Shown piece by piece: positions 50,720 to 61,062 of a DNA stretch of 64,000 nt; the first letter of the stretch is position 1; each line of letters starts with the position of its first letter. The position numbers and the translations under genes are program-made. The notes below the pieces were generated by a model. That model made no database searches, was not told where the DNA came from, and worked only from the letters and a program-made list of their open reading frames with translations. Origin of the DNA: an uncultured delta proteobacterium (lineage in GTDB: Bacteria; Desulfobacterota; Binatia; UBA9968); assembly GCA_963816145.1 (NCBI GenBank), contig CAWFJP010000015.1:1-64000 (forward strand). The letters are read 5' to 3'.

Positions 50720-50852
50720 ATCTCACCTCCAACGAATCCCGGCTGCGAAAAGTCGTCGATCGTCGTTTAGCGCTGCTGGAAATAACGACGCCGGCCGAAT
50801 ATCCGCATGCGATACCCGGCCGGCGTCGACTTTTGACAATTCCTTGCGGGCT

Positions 50853-52589
50853 CTATCCTTCGCCGCGCTCCACCGTCTGCTCGACGGTTCTGAGCCGGAC
50901 ATCGATCAACGCGGGTTGGCCCGCGGCTACCGCCCGCAGGCCGCGTTCGACCGCTTTGCGCACATCGCCGGGCTCCTCGACTTTTTCGCCGTACCCGTCC
51001 CAGGCCTTCATCATCTGCGAGTATTCCGGACAGGGCGTGATGTGCAAACCGGAAAAGTTTCCCGATTTCACCGCCCATCCTCCTGGGTAATATTTGGGGA
51101 TTCCTGATTTTTGCGATAGGTAGCCTTGGTTGTTGAACATGATGGTCAGGAACGGCAGGTTATGCTCCTGGGCCGCGCCGAAGGCCGCCGGCGCCGGATC
51201 GTAGTTGAACGAGCCGTCGCCGATCAAACAAATCACCGGACGTTTCGGATTGGCCGCTTTCACTCCCAGCGCGGTCGCCAGTCCGGTGCCGAGGCCGCCG
51301 ATGCAACCGTTGAAAAATGATCCGGGTGTCAGATTATCCAGGTAACGGTGCACCGCCAACCGGTGCGTGATGGTCTCTTCGACCACCATGGCATCCTTGG
51401 GCAGCACTTGGCTGATCTCATGAGCGACCCAGCGGGTGTCCATCGGCTTTTGACTGCCGAGGGCGATCGCTTCGTCGCGCCATTTTTTGCGGCGCACGTC
51501 GTTTTTGGCTTTGAGATCTTCGGCCCGGCGCGTCCGCGCCGGATCGCCCTTGGAAACTTTCTTCTTCAAAGCCGCGAGCAAATGCTCCAGCGACGACTCG
51601 ATCTCGCCGGTGAGGCAAAGGTCGCACTGATAGCCGTAATATGGGATCTCGGCGCGCAACGGATTTTCATCGAGCATGGCGACCTTGGCGCCCTTGGCCG
51701 GCGTAATTGACGCCGGATGCCACGGCGCAATCACCGAGGCCAAAAAGATTACATCGGCGCCCTGAGCTATTTCTTTAACGTCATAGCCGCTGTGCAAGGC
51801 ATGGGTGCGCGGAATATTGATCACGCCAGTGCTGCGCGTCTCCACCACCGGGCAGCCGAGCAGTTCGGCGATCTCGACCAGCAGATTGACGCTCTTCATC
51901 GTCTTGCCGGCGTCTTCGGCGACAATCACCGGATTCTGCGCGCCGGCGAGCAGATTGGCGAGCTCTTCAATGCCTTGGGGATCGGCGGTGGCCAAGGGCG
52001 AGCTGCCGAGATCGGACGGGACATCCTTGGTCATGGTGTCGAACATATATTCCATCGGCATCGACACGAACACCGGCCCGCGCGGTCCGGCCATAGCTAA
52101 GCGGCAGGCGCGCTGCACGGTGGACGGCACGATCGCTTTGGTATTGACGCCGAAACTCCATTTGACCGTGTGATCGACCAGCTTGGCTGGCCCGCCCATG
52201 TCACCTAGATGCCCCTGCCATTGACCGCCGACATCCGGTCCCTCATCTTCGCCGAAACCGATCGACTCGCCGGCGAACACGACCATCGGCACCTGCTCGT
52301 GCAACGCTGCGCGCATCGCCATGGTTGCATGGAGCGCGCCGACCGTAGTGTGAATCACCACCGCCGGCAGTTTGCCGGTCGATTTGGCGTAACCGCTGGC
52401 CATGCCGACGGCGATCTCCTCATGGCGCGTGCTGTAGTATTGCGGCATCCCTTCCACGCCCGGCTCCGCCAGCGCTTCCCACAGCGGCGACCATTCCGAG
52501 CCTGGCGACGCGAAAATTTTCTCGACGCCCATCTTTCCCAGGACGCGCAGCATCGACTGCGCACCGGTCAATCCTTTGGTTTGAATCAT
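50853..52589 (-). CDS. Thiamine pyrophosphate-dependent enzyme
   Basis: RHEEIAVGMA, GDGSF...NNQGY TPP motif. Confidence 0.9.
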   Translation of the reverse strand: MIQTKGLTGAQSMLRVLGKMGVEKIFASPGSEWSPLWEALAEPGVEGMPQYYSTRHEEIAVGMASGYAKSTGKLPAVVIHTTVGALHATMAMRAALHEQVPMVVFAGESIGFGEDEGPDVGGQWQGHLGDMGGPAKLVDHTVKWSFGVNTKAIVPSTVQRACRLAMAGPRGPVFVSMPMEYMFDTMTKDVPSDLGSSPLATADPQGIEELANLLAGAQNPVIVAEDAGKTMKSVNLLVEIAELLGCPVVETRSTGVINIPRTHALHSGYDVKEIAQGADVIFLASVIAPWHPASITPAKGAKVAMLDENPLRAEIPYYGYQCDLCLTGEIESSLEHLLAALKKKVSKGDPARTRRAEDLKAKNDVRRKKWRDEAIALGSQKPMDTRWVAHEISQVLPKDAMVVEETITHRLAVHRYLDNLTPGSFFNGCIGGLGTGLATALGVKAANPKRPVICLIGDGSFNYDPAPAAFGAAQEHNLPFLTIMFNNQGYLSQKSGIPKYYPGGWAVKSGNFSGLHITPCPEYSQMMKAWDGYGEKVEEPGDVRKAVERGLRAVAAGQPALIDVRLRTVEQTVERGEG

Positions 52590-52747
52590 GTTCGACTCCT
52601 CTCAAAATTTACGGTTGTTGCTAAGCGGGCACTATGCGAATCGTGCCTTTTTCTATGTCACCCTCGGGCGCTGAAAGCAACGAGGAATCCGACTCGCCGC
52701 GCCGCGGCCAACCGCGATTCCTCGTTTGCTGGAGAATGACCGTTCGA

Positions 52748-53764
52748 TTAAATGTTGTAAAAACGCTTGGCGTTATTGAGCAACAGATCTTTTTTCACGT
52801 CGAGCGAAATGTCGTCACGATTCCACAGGATCGTCGCCGACTCCGGCCAGCTCATGTCCCAGTGCGGATAATCGGAAGCGTACATGAGCGTCTTCGAGCC
52901 GATCTCCTTGGTCACATAGCCGATCATTTTCTCTTCCGGTTCGCAGCCGTAGTAGCTGTTCTCACTGTACAAATACTCACTGGGTTTTTTCTTGCACAGT
53001 GGCGCCTCGACTTTGCCGCGCTTTTCCCACTCCTCATCCATACGCTCGGCCCAGTACGGCAGCCAGCCGCAACCGACCTCGAGATAACCGATGCGCAGCT
53101 TGGGAAACATCTCCGGAATCCCGCCGAATACCATCGCCGTCAACTGGCGGAGGATTGGGAATGGATGCCCGCAAGTATGCAAGCTGATAAACTGGTCGAA
53201 CACCTCGCTGCCCGGCTCGTCGCCGCCGAACGCATGGATCGAGATCGGCGTGTTGAGCCGCTGCGCCTCCTCGTAAAGCGGATAATATTCCGGACTGCCG
53301 AGATTCTTACGGTGCGCCTGGGCAACCAACATCCCGCCGCACAGCCCCAGCTTGGTGACCGCGCGAGTCAACTCCCGGGTGCATTCGGCGGGATCGTTCA
53401 CCGGCAGATTCGCCACGGCTTTGAGACGCGGCGAAGCCTTGCAGTAGTCGGAGATAAAATCATTATAGGCGCGGCAGAGCGCCACTTGGAACTTGCTGTC
53501 CCGCACCCGGCCAACGCCGAGACCGCTGGTCGGAAACATCACCGCGGTGTCGATCTGCTGCAAATCCATGGCGGCCAAACGGTCTTCGACTTTGGCGCCG
53601 GACTGCCCCAGAGTGCCGCCCAGATTGCGGTCGTAATGCTCGCTCGGAATAAACGACGCTTTCTGGCTGCGGTAGGGTTCAGGCAAATAGTTCCTGATGT
53701 CGTTATCGAAATCGCGCGCGTGGGCGTCCGAATCTAACACTTTAACTGCTTCGCGTAACTCCAT
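52748..53764 (-). CDS. Amidohydrolase_2 family protein
   Basis: DSDAH, YASDYPHWD. Confidence 0.88.
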   Translation of the reverse strand: MELREAVKVLDSDAHARDFDNDIRNYLPEPYRSQKASFIPSEHYDRNLGGTLGQSGAKVEDRLAAMDLQQIDTAVMFPTSGLGVGRVRDSKFQVALCRAYNDFISDYCKASPRLKAVANLPVNDPAECTRELTRAVTKLGLCGGMLVAQAHRKNLGSPEYYPLYEEAQRLNTPISIHAFGGDEPGSEVFDQFISLHTCGHPFPILRQLTAMVFGGIPEMFPKLRIGYLEVGCGWLPYWAERMDEEWEKRGKVEAPLCKKKPSEYLYSENSYYGCEPEEKMIGYVTKEIGSKTLMYASDYPHWDMSWPESATILWNRDDISLDVKKDLLLNNAKRFYNI

Positions 53765-53955
53765 AGTTCCTCCTCAAATGTCGCTCCAAGGGCGGCGCGC
53801 AAATGGCCTTCCCGCACAAATTTCCGTTCCCCTTCGACAGCTGAGCATGCAGGTGGGGGGCCTTCATTCTCTTGCCCCCATCTGCGCTTCCCAATCGAGC
53901 GGGAAAAACCCACAGATCAGGAGTTAGATAGCACAACCCAAAACCTAAACGCTAA

Positions 53956-55092
53956 CTACGCCGCCACCGGCAGGGACGCCGGCACCTTCAGGTTGTAGAG
54001 CTTTTCGCAATTGGTAAACAGCAATTTGCGCCGAACCTCCGGCTTCACATCGACCATGTCGCGATCGATGACCTGCCGGGAATTGGGCCAGGTCGAGTTC
54101 TGGTGCGGGTAGTCATTGGACCACATGCAGTTGTCAGACCCCCACCAGGAAAACATCTTGCCACCGACATGATCATTGAAGAACGTCGAAAAGACCTGGC
54201 CGTAAAAATATTCGCTCGGCAGCTTGTCGATGGGCAACTTCTGAGCATGGCGATGACGCTTGAAACCCTTGTCGCACTGGCCGATCCAAAACGGCATCCA
54301 GCCCACTTCGTTTTCCACCGAGACGATTTTGAGCTTGGGATAACGGTCGAGCACGCCGGTAAAAATAATATCGAACAGCGCCGATTCGATTTCGCGGGTT
54401 TGCTCGACGCCGATGCGGCAACGGTGGATGCCCTGAGCGGTCTGTCGATTCATGCTATCGCCGAAGCCGGTGAGGATATGCAGGTGCACTGGCATCTCGT
54501 TGGCCGCCGATGCGGCCCAGAAACGCTCGTAATGATCCGACGTGAACGGCAGCCTGGCGTCGGGCACCTGCCAGATCATCGTGCCGACCATGCCGGCTTT
54601 TTTGCAGCGCTCCATCTCGGCGATGGCATGATCGATGTTATACATCGAAATGAGTCCGATACCGTAGAGGCGATCGGGCACTTTACTGCAGTAGTCGATC
54701 ATCCAGTCGTTGAAAGTCCTAAACAGCGCCTCCTGAAAGGCAGCATCCTCGATACAGTAGAGTCCCAAGCCCAAGCTTGGATATAGCACTTCGGCGCACA
54801 CTCCGTCGGTGGCCATGTCCGCCTTGCGCGCGATCGGATCCCAACCGCCCGGTCTCGCGAGTTTGAAGCCCTCTTTGCGAAAGCGTTCGCGGTCTTCGGC
54901 TTTGTTGCCAGCCATGAACAACGCGCCAACGGCTTGCTCTTGCACTCCAGGCGCGCCAAACATCCAAGCGTCGCGCTTTTCGTCGAAGTAAATTTTCGGC
55001 GCGCGCTCTTGCAAAGACGCCGGCATGCCCTTTTCCCAGAGATCCGGCGGCTCGATAACATGAGAGTCCGACGAAATAATTAGTTCTTCCAT
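53956..55092 (-). CDS. Amidohydrolase_2 family protein
   Basis: SSDSHVIEP, WSNDYPH. Confidence 0.88.
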   Translation of the reverse strand: MEELIISSDSHVIEPPDLWEKGMPASLQERAPKIYFDEKRDAWMFGAPGVQEQAVGALFMAGNKAEDRERFRKEGFKLARPGGWDPIARKADMATDGVCAEVLYPSLGLGLYCIEDAAFQEALFRTFNDWMIDYCSKVPDRLYGIGLISMYNIDHAIAEMERCKKAGMVGTMIWQVPDARLPFTSDHYERFWAASAANEMPVHLHILTGFGDSMNRQTAQGIHRCRIGVEQTREIESALFDIIFTGVLDRYPKLKIVSVENEVGWMPFWIGQCDKGFKRHRHAQKLPIDKLPSEYFYGQVFSTFFNDHVGGKMFSWWGSDNCMWSNDYPHQNSTWPNSRQVIDRDMVDVKPEVRRKLLFTNCEKLYNLKVPASLPVAA

Positions 55093-55139
55093 GGCTCCTC
55101 CTTAAGCATCCTTAATCAAACATTATATCGATGAAACTA

Positions 55140-56132
55140 CTATCTTTTACCCCAGATTTGATCCCAAAAGCCACTCTTTTCCATGTCATTTAGAAACCGC
55201 GTATCGGTTAGTTCCTGCGGTTTGACCTTCTTGGCCCGCTCGTCGGTCTGCGCCACTTCATCGAGGATCGCTTGAAACGCCTCGGCTTTCAGCGCCAGCC
55301 GCGGCTCCATTACCTTGATCTCGGCGTTGTAGGCCGCTTCAATAATTGCCCGGTCGTTGATGCGCAACTGTTTGCCCAGAACTTTATAGACGAATTCGCG
55401 GTCGGTATGCATGACCTTCGATGCCTCGCCCATGGCGCGCATGTACTGCGCCATCACCTGAGGTCTCCGGGCAATGGTCGAACGCTTGGTGACAAATGAC
55501 GTGGCGGCATAGGGGATCTTAAGATCGGGCCCATAAATGACGTAGTGATAACCCCGGGTCAGGGCTTGCACGTCGGTCGGCGGGGTTAGGCAAGCCACCT
55601 CGACGCCGCCCGCTAGCAAAGCTGTGAGCGATTCCGGATCGCCGCCGGATTGCAGGAAAGTGTAATCGCGATTGGGCTCCATGTTATGACGGCGCAACGC
55701 TTGAATCGTAAAGTAATGCGAGTTGCTGCCGATGCGGCTCACTGCGATCCGTTTGCCCTTCAAGTCTTCGGGCCGTTTCAAATTGCCGCCGGCGATGATG
55801 TTCTGCGTCATCAAATTCTTGGCGCTGCCGACGTAAGCGATTTCCGTTGAGCCGCGCACGAAGGCGATGACGTTGCCGACGCCGCCGGTCATGGTCATGT
55901 CGGGGTCGCCGCCGAGCAGCGCGGCGGTGACGATGCTCGATGAGGCGATGAAAACCAGACTATGATCGAGATTGTATTTCTTGAAGAACCCGGCCTCCTC
56001 GGCGATCCAAGGCAAGGCCTGAGCCATCACCCTTGCCGAATAAATAGTGGTAAACTTCTCCGCCGCGCGGGAATTAGCCGGCGCCAGCATGGTCAAGCCA
56101 AACGCAACCAATAACAGCGGGCGTCGAATCAT
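55140..56132 (-). CDS. NitT/TauT-type ABC substrate-binding protein 1
   Basis: Signal peptide; DLKGKRIAVSRIGS. Confidence 0.85.
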   Translation of the reverse strand: MIRRPLLLVAFGLTMLAPANSRAAEKFTTIYSARVMAQALPWIAEEAGFFKKYNLDHSLVFIASSSIVTAALLGGDPDMTMTGGVGNVIAFVRGSTEIAYVGSAKNLMTQNIIAGGNLKRPEDLKGKRIAVSRIGSNSHYFTIQALRRHNMEPNRDYTFLQSGGDPESLTALLAGGVEVACLTPPTDVQALTRGYHYVIYGPDLKIPYAATSFVTKRSTIARRPQVMAQYMRAMGEASKVMHTDREFVYKVLGKQLRINDRAIIEAAYNAEIKVMEPRLALKAEAFQAILDEVAQTDERAKKVKPQELTDTRFLNDMEKSGFWDQIWGKR

Positions 56133-57127
56133 TTTTTGCTCCAAAGTTGATCCATAAAACCGCTCTTCTGCATCTCATCCAAGTACCGCGTGTCGACCAT
56201 TTCTTGCGGTTTGACATTCTTTGCCCGGGCATCGGTGGCCGTGAGTTCGTCCAAAATCGCCTGCAGAGAATCCAACTTCAAGGCGAGTCTTGGCTCCAAC
56301 GCTTTGATTTCCGCGTTGTAGGCAGAATCCAGGACGCTACGATCCGTTAAACGCAGATACTTACCCAAGACTTTGTAGAAAAACTCGCGATCGGTATGGA
56401 CGATTTTCGACGCCTCCGCCATGGCGCGCATGAAATTGGCGACCATGGCCGGCCGTTTGGCGATCACCGAACGCTTGGTGACAAACGCAGTCGCGGTGTA
56501 AGGTATTTTCAAATCGGGACCGTAGACCACGTAGTGATAACCCTTTGCGATGGCTTGGGCGTCGGTCGGCGGCGTCAAGTTGGCCACTTCGAGGGAGCCG
56601 CTCAACAGGGCGGCGAGCGCTTCAGGGTCGCCGCCGGTCTGCAGAAAACTGTAGTCGCGATTGGGTTCCATGTTATACCGGCGCAGCGCTTGTACGGTAA
56701 AATAATGTGAATTTCCGCCGATACGGCTGACGCCGATCCGTTTACCTTTGAGGTCCTCCGGTTTTTTGATGTTGCCGCCGGCAACCAACGTCTGGGTCAT
56801 GACATTTTTCACCCCGCCGATGAAAACCACATCGGTGGAACCTTTCACATATGCCGCGACATTGCCAATTCCGCCGGTGACCGTCATCTCGGTATCGCCG
56901 CCGAGCAGCGCTGCGGTGACGATGCTTGATGAGGAAATAAATACCAGATTGAAATCCAAATTATATTTCTTGAACAGCCCTGCTTCCTGAGCCACCCAAG
57001 GAAACGATTGCGACATCACCCGCGCCGAATGTACGCCGACAAGCTTGTCCGGCGCGGCGGCAGCGAAGCTTTGCTCTGTAGACAGCAAAATCAGCAAAAA
57101 CACTGCGAGTTTCTTAACGTTGTCCAT
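56129..57127 (-). CDS. NitT/TauT-type ABC substrate-binding protein 2
   Basis: Close paralog of SBP1; DLKGKRIGVSRIGG. Confidence 0.85.
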   Translation of the reverse strand: MDNVKKLAVFLLILLSTEQSFAAAAPDKLVGVHSARVMSQSFPWVAQEAGLFKKYNLDFNLVFISSSSIVTAALLGGDTEMTVTGGIGNVAAYVKGSTDVVFIGGVKNVMTQTLVAGGNIKKPEDLKGKRIGVSRIGGNSHYFTVQALRRYNMEPNRDYSFLQTGGDPEALAALLSGSLEVANLTPPTDAQAIAKGYHYVVYGPDLKIPYTATAFVTKRSVIAKRPAMVANFMRAMAEASKIVHTDREFFYKVLGKYLRLTDRSVLDSAYNAEIKALEPRLALKLDSLQAILDELTATDARAKNVKPQEMVDTRYLDEMQKSGFMDQLWSKK

Positions 57128-57894
57128 AAAGCTCCTTTATAAAACCGCTATCTTCTAACTCTTTAATGAACCGGTTGTCAAAGAACTCTTTGGGGTCCGC
57201 CGTTGCCGCTTTGGGATGGTCGGCTACGCTCAGAACCGCCCGAATATTTTCTATAGAGAAATTTTACATCCTGACCGGGGGCCAAATGATTGTGCCGCAG
57301 TACCGCAATCATGCCATGGTCCGCGGACGCGCCCTTGGTCATGACGCCGACTACTTTGCCCTTGAGACTCGAAATGTCTCTTACGTCGGCGCGGGCGTAG
57401 ACGGAAAAACCATAGGTCGGTACGATCAAAGCGATGTAGACCAGATCGGCACCGCTCAACACCGCGTTCACCACCGCCCCGCCGGTGGTTGCCATGTCGA
57501 TATCCCCAGCGACCAGCGTCTGGGTCAGCCGGGCATCGCCGGATATGTAAATGTTCTGGAGATCGAAACCGTATTTACGATCGAGCTTGGCCTCCGACAT
57601 CACCCAAAGCGGCAACTGCGCCCCGCTCGGCTGCGGATAGCCGACGCGAATCGTAATCGGCGCCGTAGCGGCAAAACACTCCTGTGGCGATGAAGGCATG
57701 ATAAGAGCCGATACCAAGATGACCAAAATAACTAAGGAAACCGAATCGGGATCGAATGAAAAAGAGTTTTCACCACGAAGGTCACGAAGAACACGAAGGA
57801 TTCGGATAATAATTTTTTCGAACTTCGTACCCTTCGTGTACTTCGTGGTAAGAAAGTTTCTTTCCACTCGGCAAAATCCCTTACCGCCGCCCAT
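57114..57894 (-). pseudogene. ABC substrate-binding protein 3 with internal deletion and frameshift near 57253
   Basis: After PGQDVKFLY the sequence jumps, in another frame, to ENIRAVLSVADHPKA...ELYGQR*; the middle segment present in SBP4 is missing. Confidence 0.8.
57769..57849. repeat. Family A palindromic repeat, copy 7 (in frame in the SBP3 N-terminus)
   Basis: Encodes TTKYTKGTK...LRVLRDLRGE on the minus strand. Confidence 0.85.
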
Positions 57895-59023
57895 AGAGCT
57901 CATTGATAAAGCCACTATCTTCGACCTCCTTCAACAAACGGTTGTCGAAAAAATCTTTCGGATCAGCGCCCGCCGCCTTCGGGTGATCCGCGACGGCGAG
58001 GATCGATCGCACTTGTTCCTCAGTGGTGTAAGGGACCTTCGGATAGATGCCGCGATAGGCCTGGTAGGCTTCTTCCAGGATGGCGCCGTCGCTGGTCGCG
58101 AGATACTTGGCCAATGCCCGCTTGCTGATATCGCCATCTTCATTGACGACTTTGATCGCCGCAACGTAGCCGCGCAGGAACGCCTTCATGCGATCGGGTT
58201 GTTGGCGTAAAAAAGCTCGATGGGCGACGATGCCCAATTGAATGTAGGGAATTTTCAACTGCATAAAATTGACCAATTCTCTGTAGCCCATGCGCCGCGC
58301 CATCAACGTGGTCGGCGCGGAAATTGTCGTCGCCGACACGATGCCGCGGTCCAAGGCGGCCAAACCCTCCCGCACCCCGCCGAGGTACAACACTTTGACA
58401 TCCTGCCCCGAGCGCAGATTGTATTGACGCAAGAGTGCCGTCAGGCCATGGTCCGTCGACGCGCCTTTGGTCATCAACCCGACGACTTTGCCTCTGAGGG
58501 AAGGCACATCCTTGACATCGTTGCGCACGTAGAGAGAGAACCCATACGTCGGCACGCTCGCCGCAACATAGGTGAGATCGGCGCCGCTCAACACCGCGTT
58601 GATCACCGCCCCGCCGGTGGCCGCCAATTCGATGTCGCCGGAGACCAGCGTCTGCGTCAATCGCGCGCCGCCGGAGATGTAAATATTCTGCAGATCGACA
58701 CCGTATTTCCGGTCAAGTTTGCTTTCCGCCATGACCCAGATCGGCAACATCGCCCCGGAAGGCTGGGGATAGCCGATGCGAATATTGTTAGCCGACGCGG
58801 CGAAACTCTCCCGCGCCGATATATGCATGAGCAGCAGCGCCAAACTTACGAGCGTGCCCAGCACGACGCGCTTGCGAGGAAATGCAAAGCAGTATTCACC
58901 ACGAAGGACACGAAGAGCACGAAGTTCGGAATTATAATTATCCGAAACCTTCGTGTTCTTCGTGCTCTTCGTGGTGAGATCCAATGTCCCTACCACTCGA
59001 TAAAGCCGATTACCGCCGTCCAT
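57881..59023 (-). CDS. NitT/TauT-type ABC substrate-binding protein 4 (start uncertain)
   Basis: IRIGYPQPSGA, LRGKVVGLMTKGAS; ATG 59023 after AGGAG overlaps the upstream stop. Confidence 0.8.
   Translation of the reverse strand: MDGGNRLYRVVGTLDLTTKSTKNTKVSDNYNSELRALRVLRGEYCFAFPRKRVVLGTLVSLALLLMHISARESFAASANNIRIGYPQPSGAMLPIWVMAESKLDRKYGVDLQNIYISGGARLTQTLVSGDIELAATGGAVINAVLSGADLTYVAASVPTYGFSLYVRNDVKDVPSLRGKVVGLMTKGASTDHGLTALLRQYNLRSGQDVKVLYLGGVREGLAALDRGIVSATTISAPTTLMARRMGYRELVNFMQLKIPYIQLGIVAHRAFLRQQPDRMKAFLRGYVAAIKVVNEDGDISKRALAKYLATSDGAILEEAYQAYRGIYPKVPYTTEEQVRSILAVADHPKAAGADPKDFFDNRLLKEVEDSGFINELYGRR
58895..58977. repeat. Family A palindromic repeat, copy 8 (in frame in the SBP4 N-terminus)
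   Basis: Encodes TTKSTKNTK...LRALRVLRGE on the minus strand. Confidence 0.85.
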
Positions 59024-60003
59024 AGAGCTCCTGGACAAAGCCGCTGTCTTCGATTTCTTTGAGAAACCTTGTCTCGAAAAAGTCTTTTGCATTGGCCCCA
59101 GCCGCTTTGGGATGTTCAGAGAGGACCAGGCTCGACTTGATCTGATCTTCGGTGACGTAGGGCACCCGTGGAAAGATACCCCGGAAAGTTTGATAGGCCT
59201 CATCCAGGATGGCGCTATCGGTGGTTACGAGATAGCGGCTGAGGGCGCGTTTACTGGTGCCGGCGTCTTCGTTGGCGATTTTGATGGCGGCGATGTAGGC
59301 GCGCAGATAGGCCTTGATCCGTTCCGGCTGCTGGCGCGCAAACGCCCGCCGCGTGGCGACGCCGCTGTGCATGTACGGCAACCCAAGGGTGGCGATATTC
59401 ACCAGTTCTTTTTGCCCCAGGCGGCGCGCTGCCAGCGTCGTCGGCGAGGACAACACCCCTGCCGCGGCGATGCCGTGCTCGATGGCCGCCAGCACTTCAC
59501 GCACACCGCCGAGATAGATGAACTTCACGTCTTTGCCCGGCTGCAGATTGTGTCGCTGCATGCAGAGCAATCACCGCATGCTCCGACGACGCGCCCTTGC
59601 TCATGATGCCGACGATTTTGCCTTGCAGGCTGGCGATGTCCTTCACTTCGGGCCGGGCGTAGAAGGAAAAACCGTAGGTCGGCACGCCAACCGCGATCGC
59701 CACCAAATCGCCGCCGCCCAGGACAGTATTGACGACGGCACCGCCGATGCTGGCGAGATCGATATCGCCGGCAACCATCGCTTGATTCATGCGCGCGGCG
59801 CCCGAGATGAAAATGTTCTGCACCGGCACGCCGTACTTTTGGTCGAGCTTGGCTTCGGTGACCAGCCAAAGCGGCAGCATCGCGCCGGACGGTTGTGGAT
59901 AACCGACGCGAATTGTCGCGGACGCAGCCAATAGTGCCGCCTCCGATCCAACCACGAGCATCAACACAAGCACGATGAATGTGACGCAAAGTTTTCGCTT
60001 CAT
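59010..60003 (-). pseudogene. ABC substrate-binding protein 5, frameshifted near 59562
   Basis: GCT CTG C ATG CAG: halves in two frames (SSEHAVIAL / MQRHNLQPGKDVKF); may be a sequencing error. Confidence 0.8.
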
Positions 60004-60025
60004 CTTCGACAGGGAGCCGGATGGA

Positions 60026-61051
60026 TCACGACCGGAACCGTTCCCGCCAGCGCGGAATCGCGTCCGGATTAACCACAGTGTCGGGCACTTTGCCACCGAG
60101 AATCGTCAAGATACTCTGCGCCGCCATCGTCTGTCCGGCCTCGGCGGAGCCAGGATTGGCGCCGATGTTGTGCGGCGTCAGGATCAGTTTGAACGGATCG
60201 ACTTTAAGCAGGTCGCTGTCTTTGGGCAGCGGTTCCTGTTCGAAGACATCGAGCGCCGCGCCGGCGATGACCTTTTCGTTCAGGGCATGAATCAGTTCTG
60301 CTTCCTTGATCGCCGGGCCGCGCGACGTATTGATGATAAATGCCGTCGGTTTCATCATTTTGAGTTCGCGCATGCCGATCATGCCGCGGGTTTCGCGGGT
60401 CAGCACGACATGGATCGTCACTGCGTCGGAGCTTTTAAGCAATTCGTCCAAGCCGACCATCCTGATCCCGAGCGACGCCACGGTTTCCTGTTTGACGTAG
60501 GGATCGTAGCCCAGCACTTTCATGCCCCAAGCATCAAGCCGTTTGGCGACCGCCTGGCCAATACGGCCGACGCCGATAATGCCGACCGTCTGGCCGAGCA
60601 TCAGCGTGCCACGGTTTTCCAGCTCCTTCCATCCGCCGTTGCGGATAACCGCTTCGTTGAGCCTGAGCCTTTTGAACAACGCGACCATCAGACCCATGGT
60701 CGCTTCGGCCACACCGAGATAATTTTCCAAGGTCGGGCTGTTGCAGCACAAAATGCCCAGGTCCGTCGCGGCGTCGACATCGACGGTCTCGATGCCGATG
60801 CTCGATTTCACCACAGCTTGTAGATCCGGACAGGAATCCATCACGTCGCCGCCAATAAAATCGCGACCGGAAGGATAAATAATCGAGCTGTCACCGACCA
60901 AGTTGATCAATTCTTTGCGCTCGTAGCGAAAGTGGCGAAAATCATCCTGCGGCTTGCCCAACACCAGCTCGCAGCCGGCTTCGCGCAGCGTGTTTTCGAC
61001 GATCTTGATGCGCATCGGCCCGGTTATGCAGACTTTGCGTTTGGCGGCCAT
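60026..61051 (-). CDS. D-2-hydroxyacid dehydrogenase family protein
   Basis: GIIGVGRIG, INTSRG, LDVFEQEP, TPHNIG. Confidence 0.9.
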   Translation of the reverse strand: MAAKRKVCITGPMRIKIVENTLREAGCELVLGKPQDDFRHFRYERKELINLVGDSSIIYPSGRDFIGGDVMDSCPDLQAVVKSSIGIETVDVDAATDLGILCCNSPTLENYLGVAEATMGLMVALFKRLRLNEAVIRNGGWKELENRGTLMLGQTVGIIGVGRIGQAVAKRLDAWGMKVLGYDPYVKQETVASLGIRMVGLDELLKSSDAVTIHVVLTRETRGMIGMRELKMMKPTAFIINTSRGPAIKEAELIHALNEKVIAGAALDVFEQEPLPKDSDLLKVDPFKLILTPHNIGANPGSAEAGQTMAAQSILTILGGKVPDTVVNPDAIPRWRERFRS

Positions 61052-61062
61052 CGTTCACCTCT

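Noticed and set aside
13928-58977. CACGAAG repeats as a CRISPR array
   Set aside because: Dispersed palindromes without unique spacers, and no cas genes.
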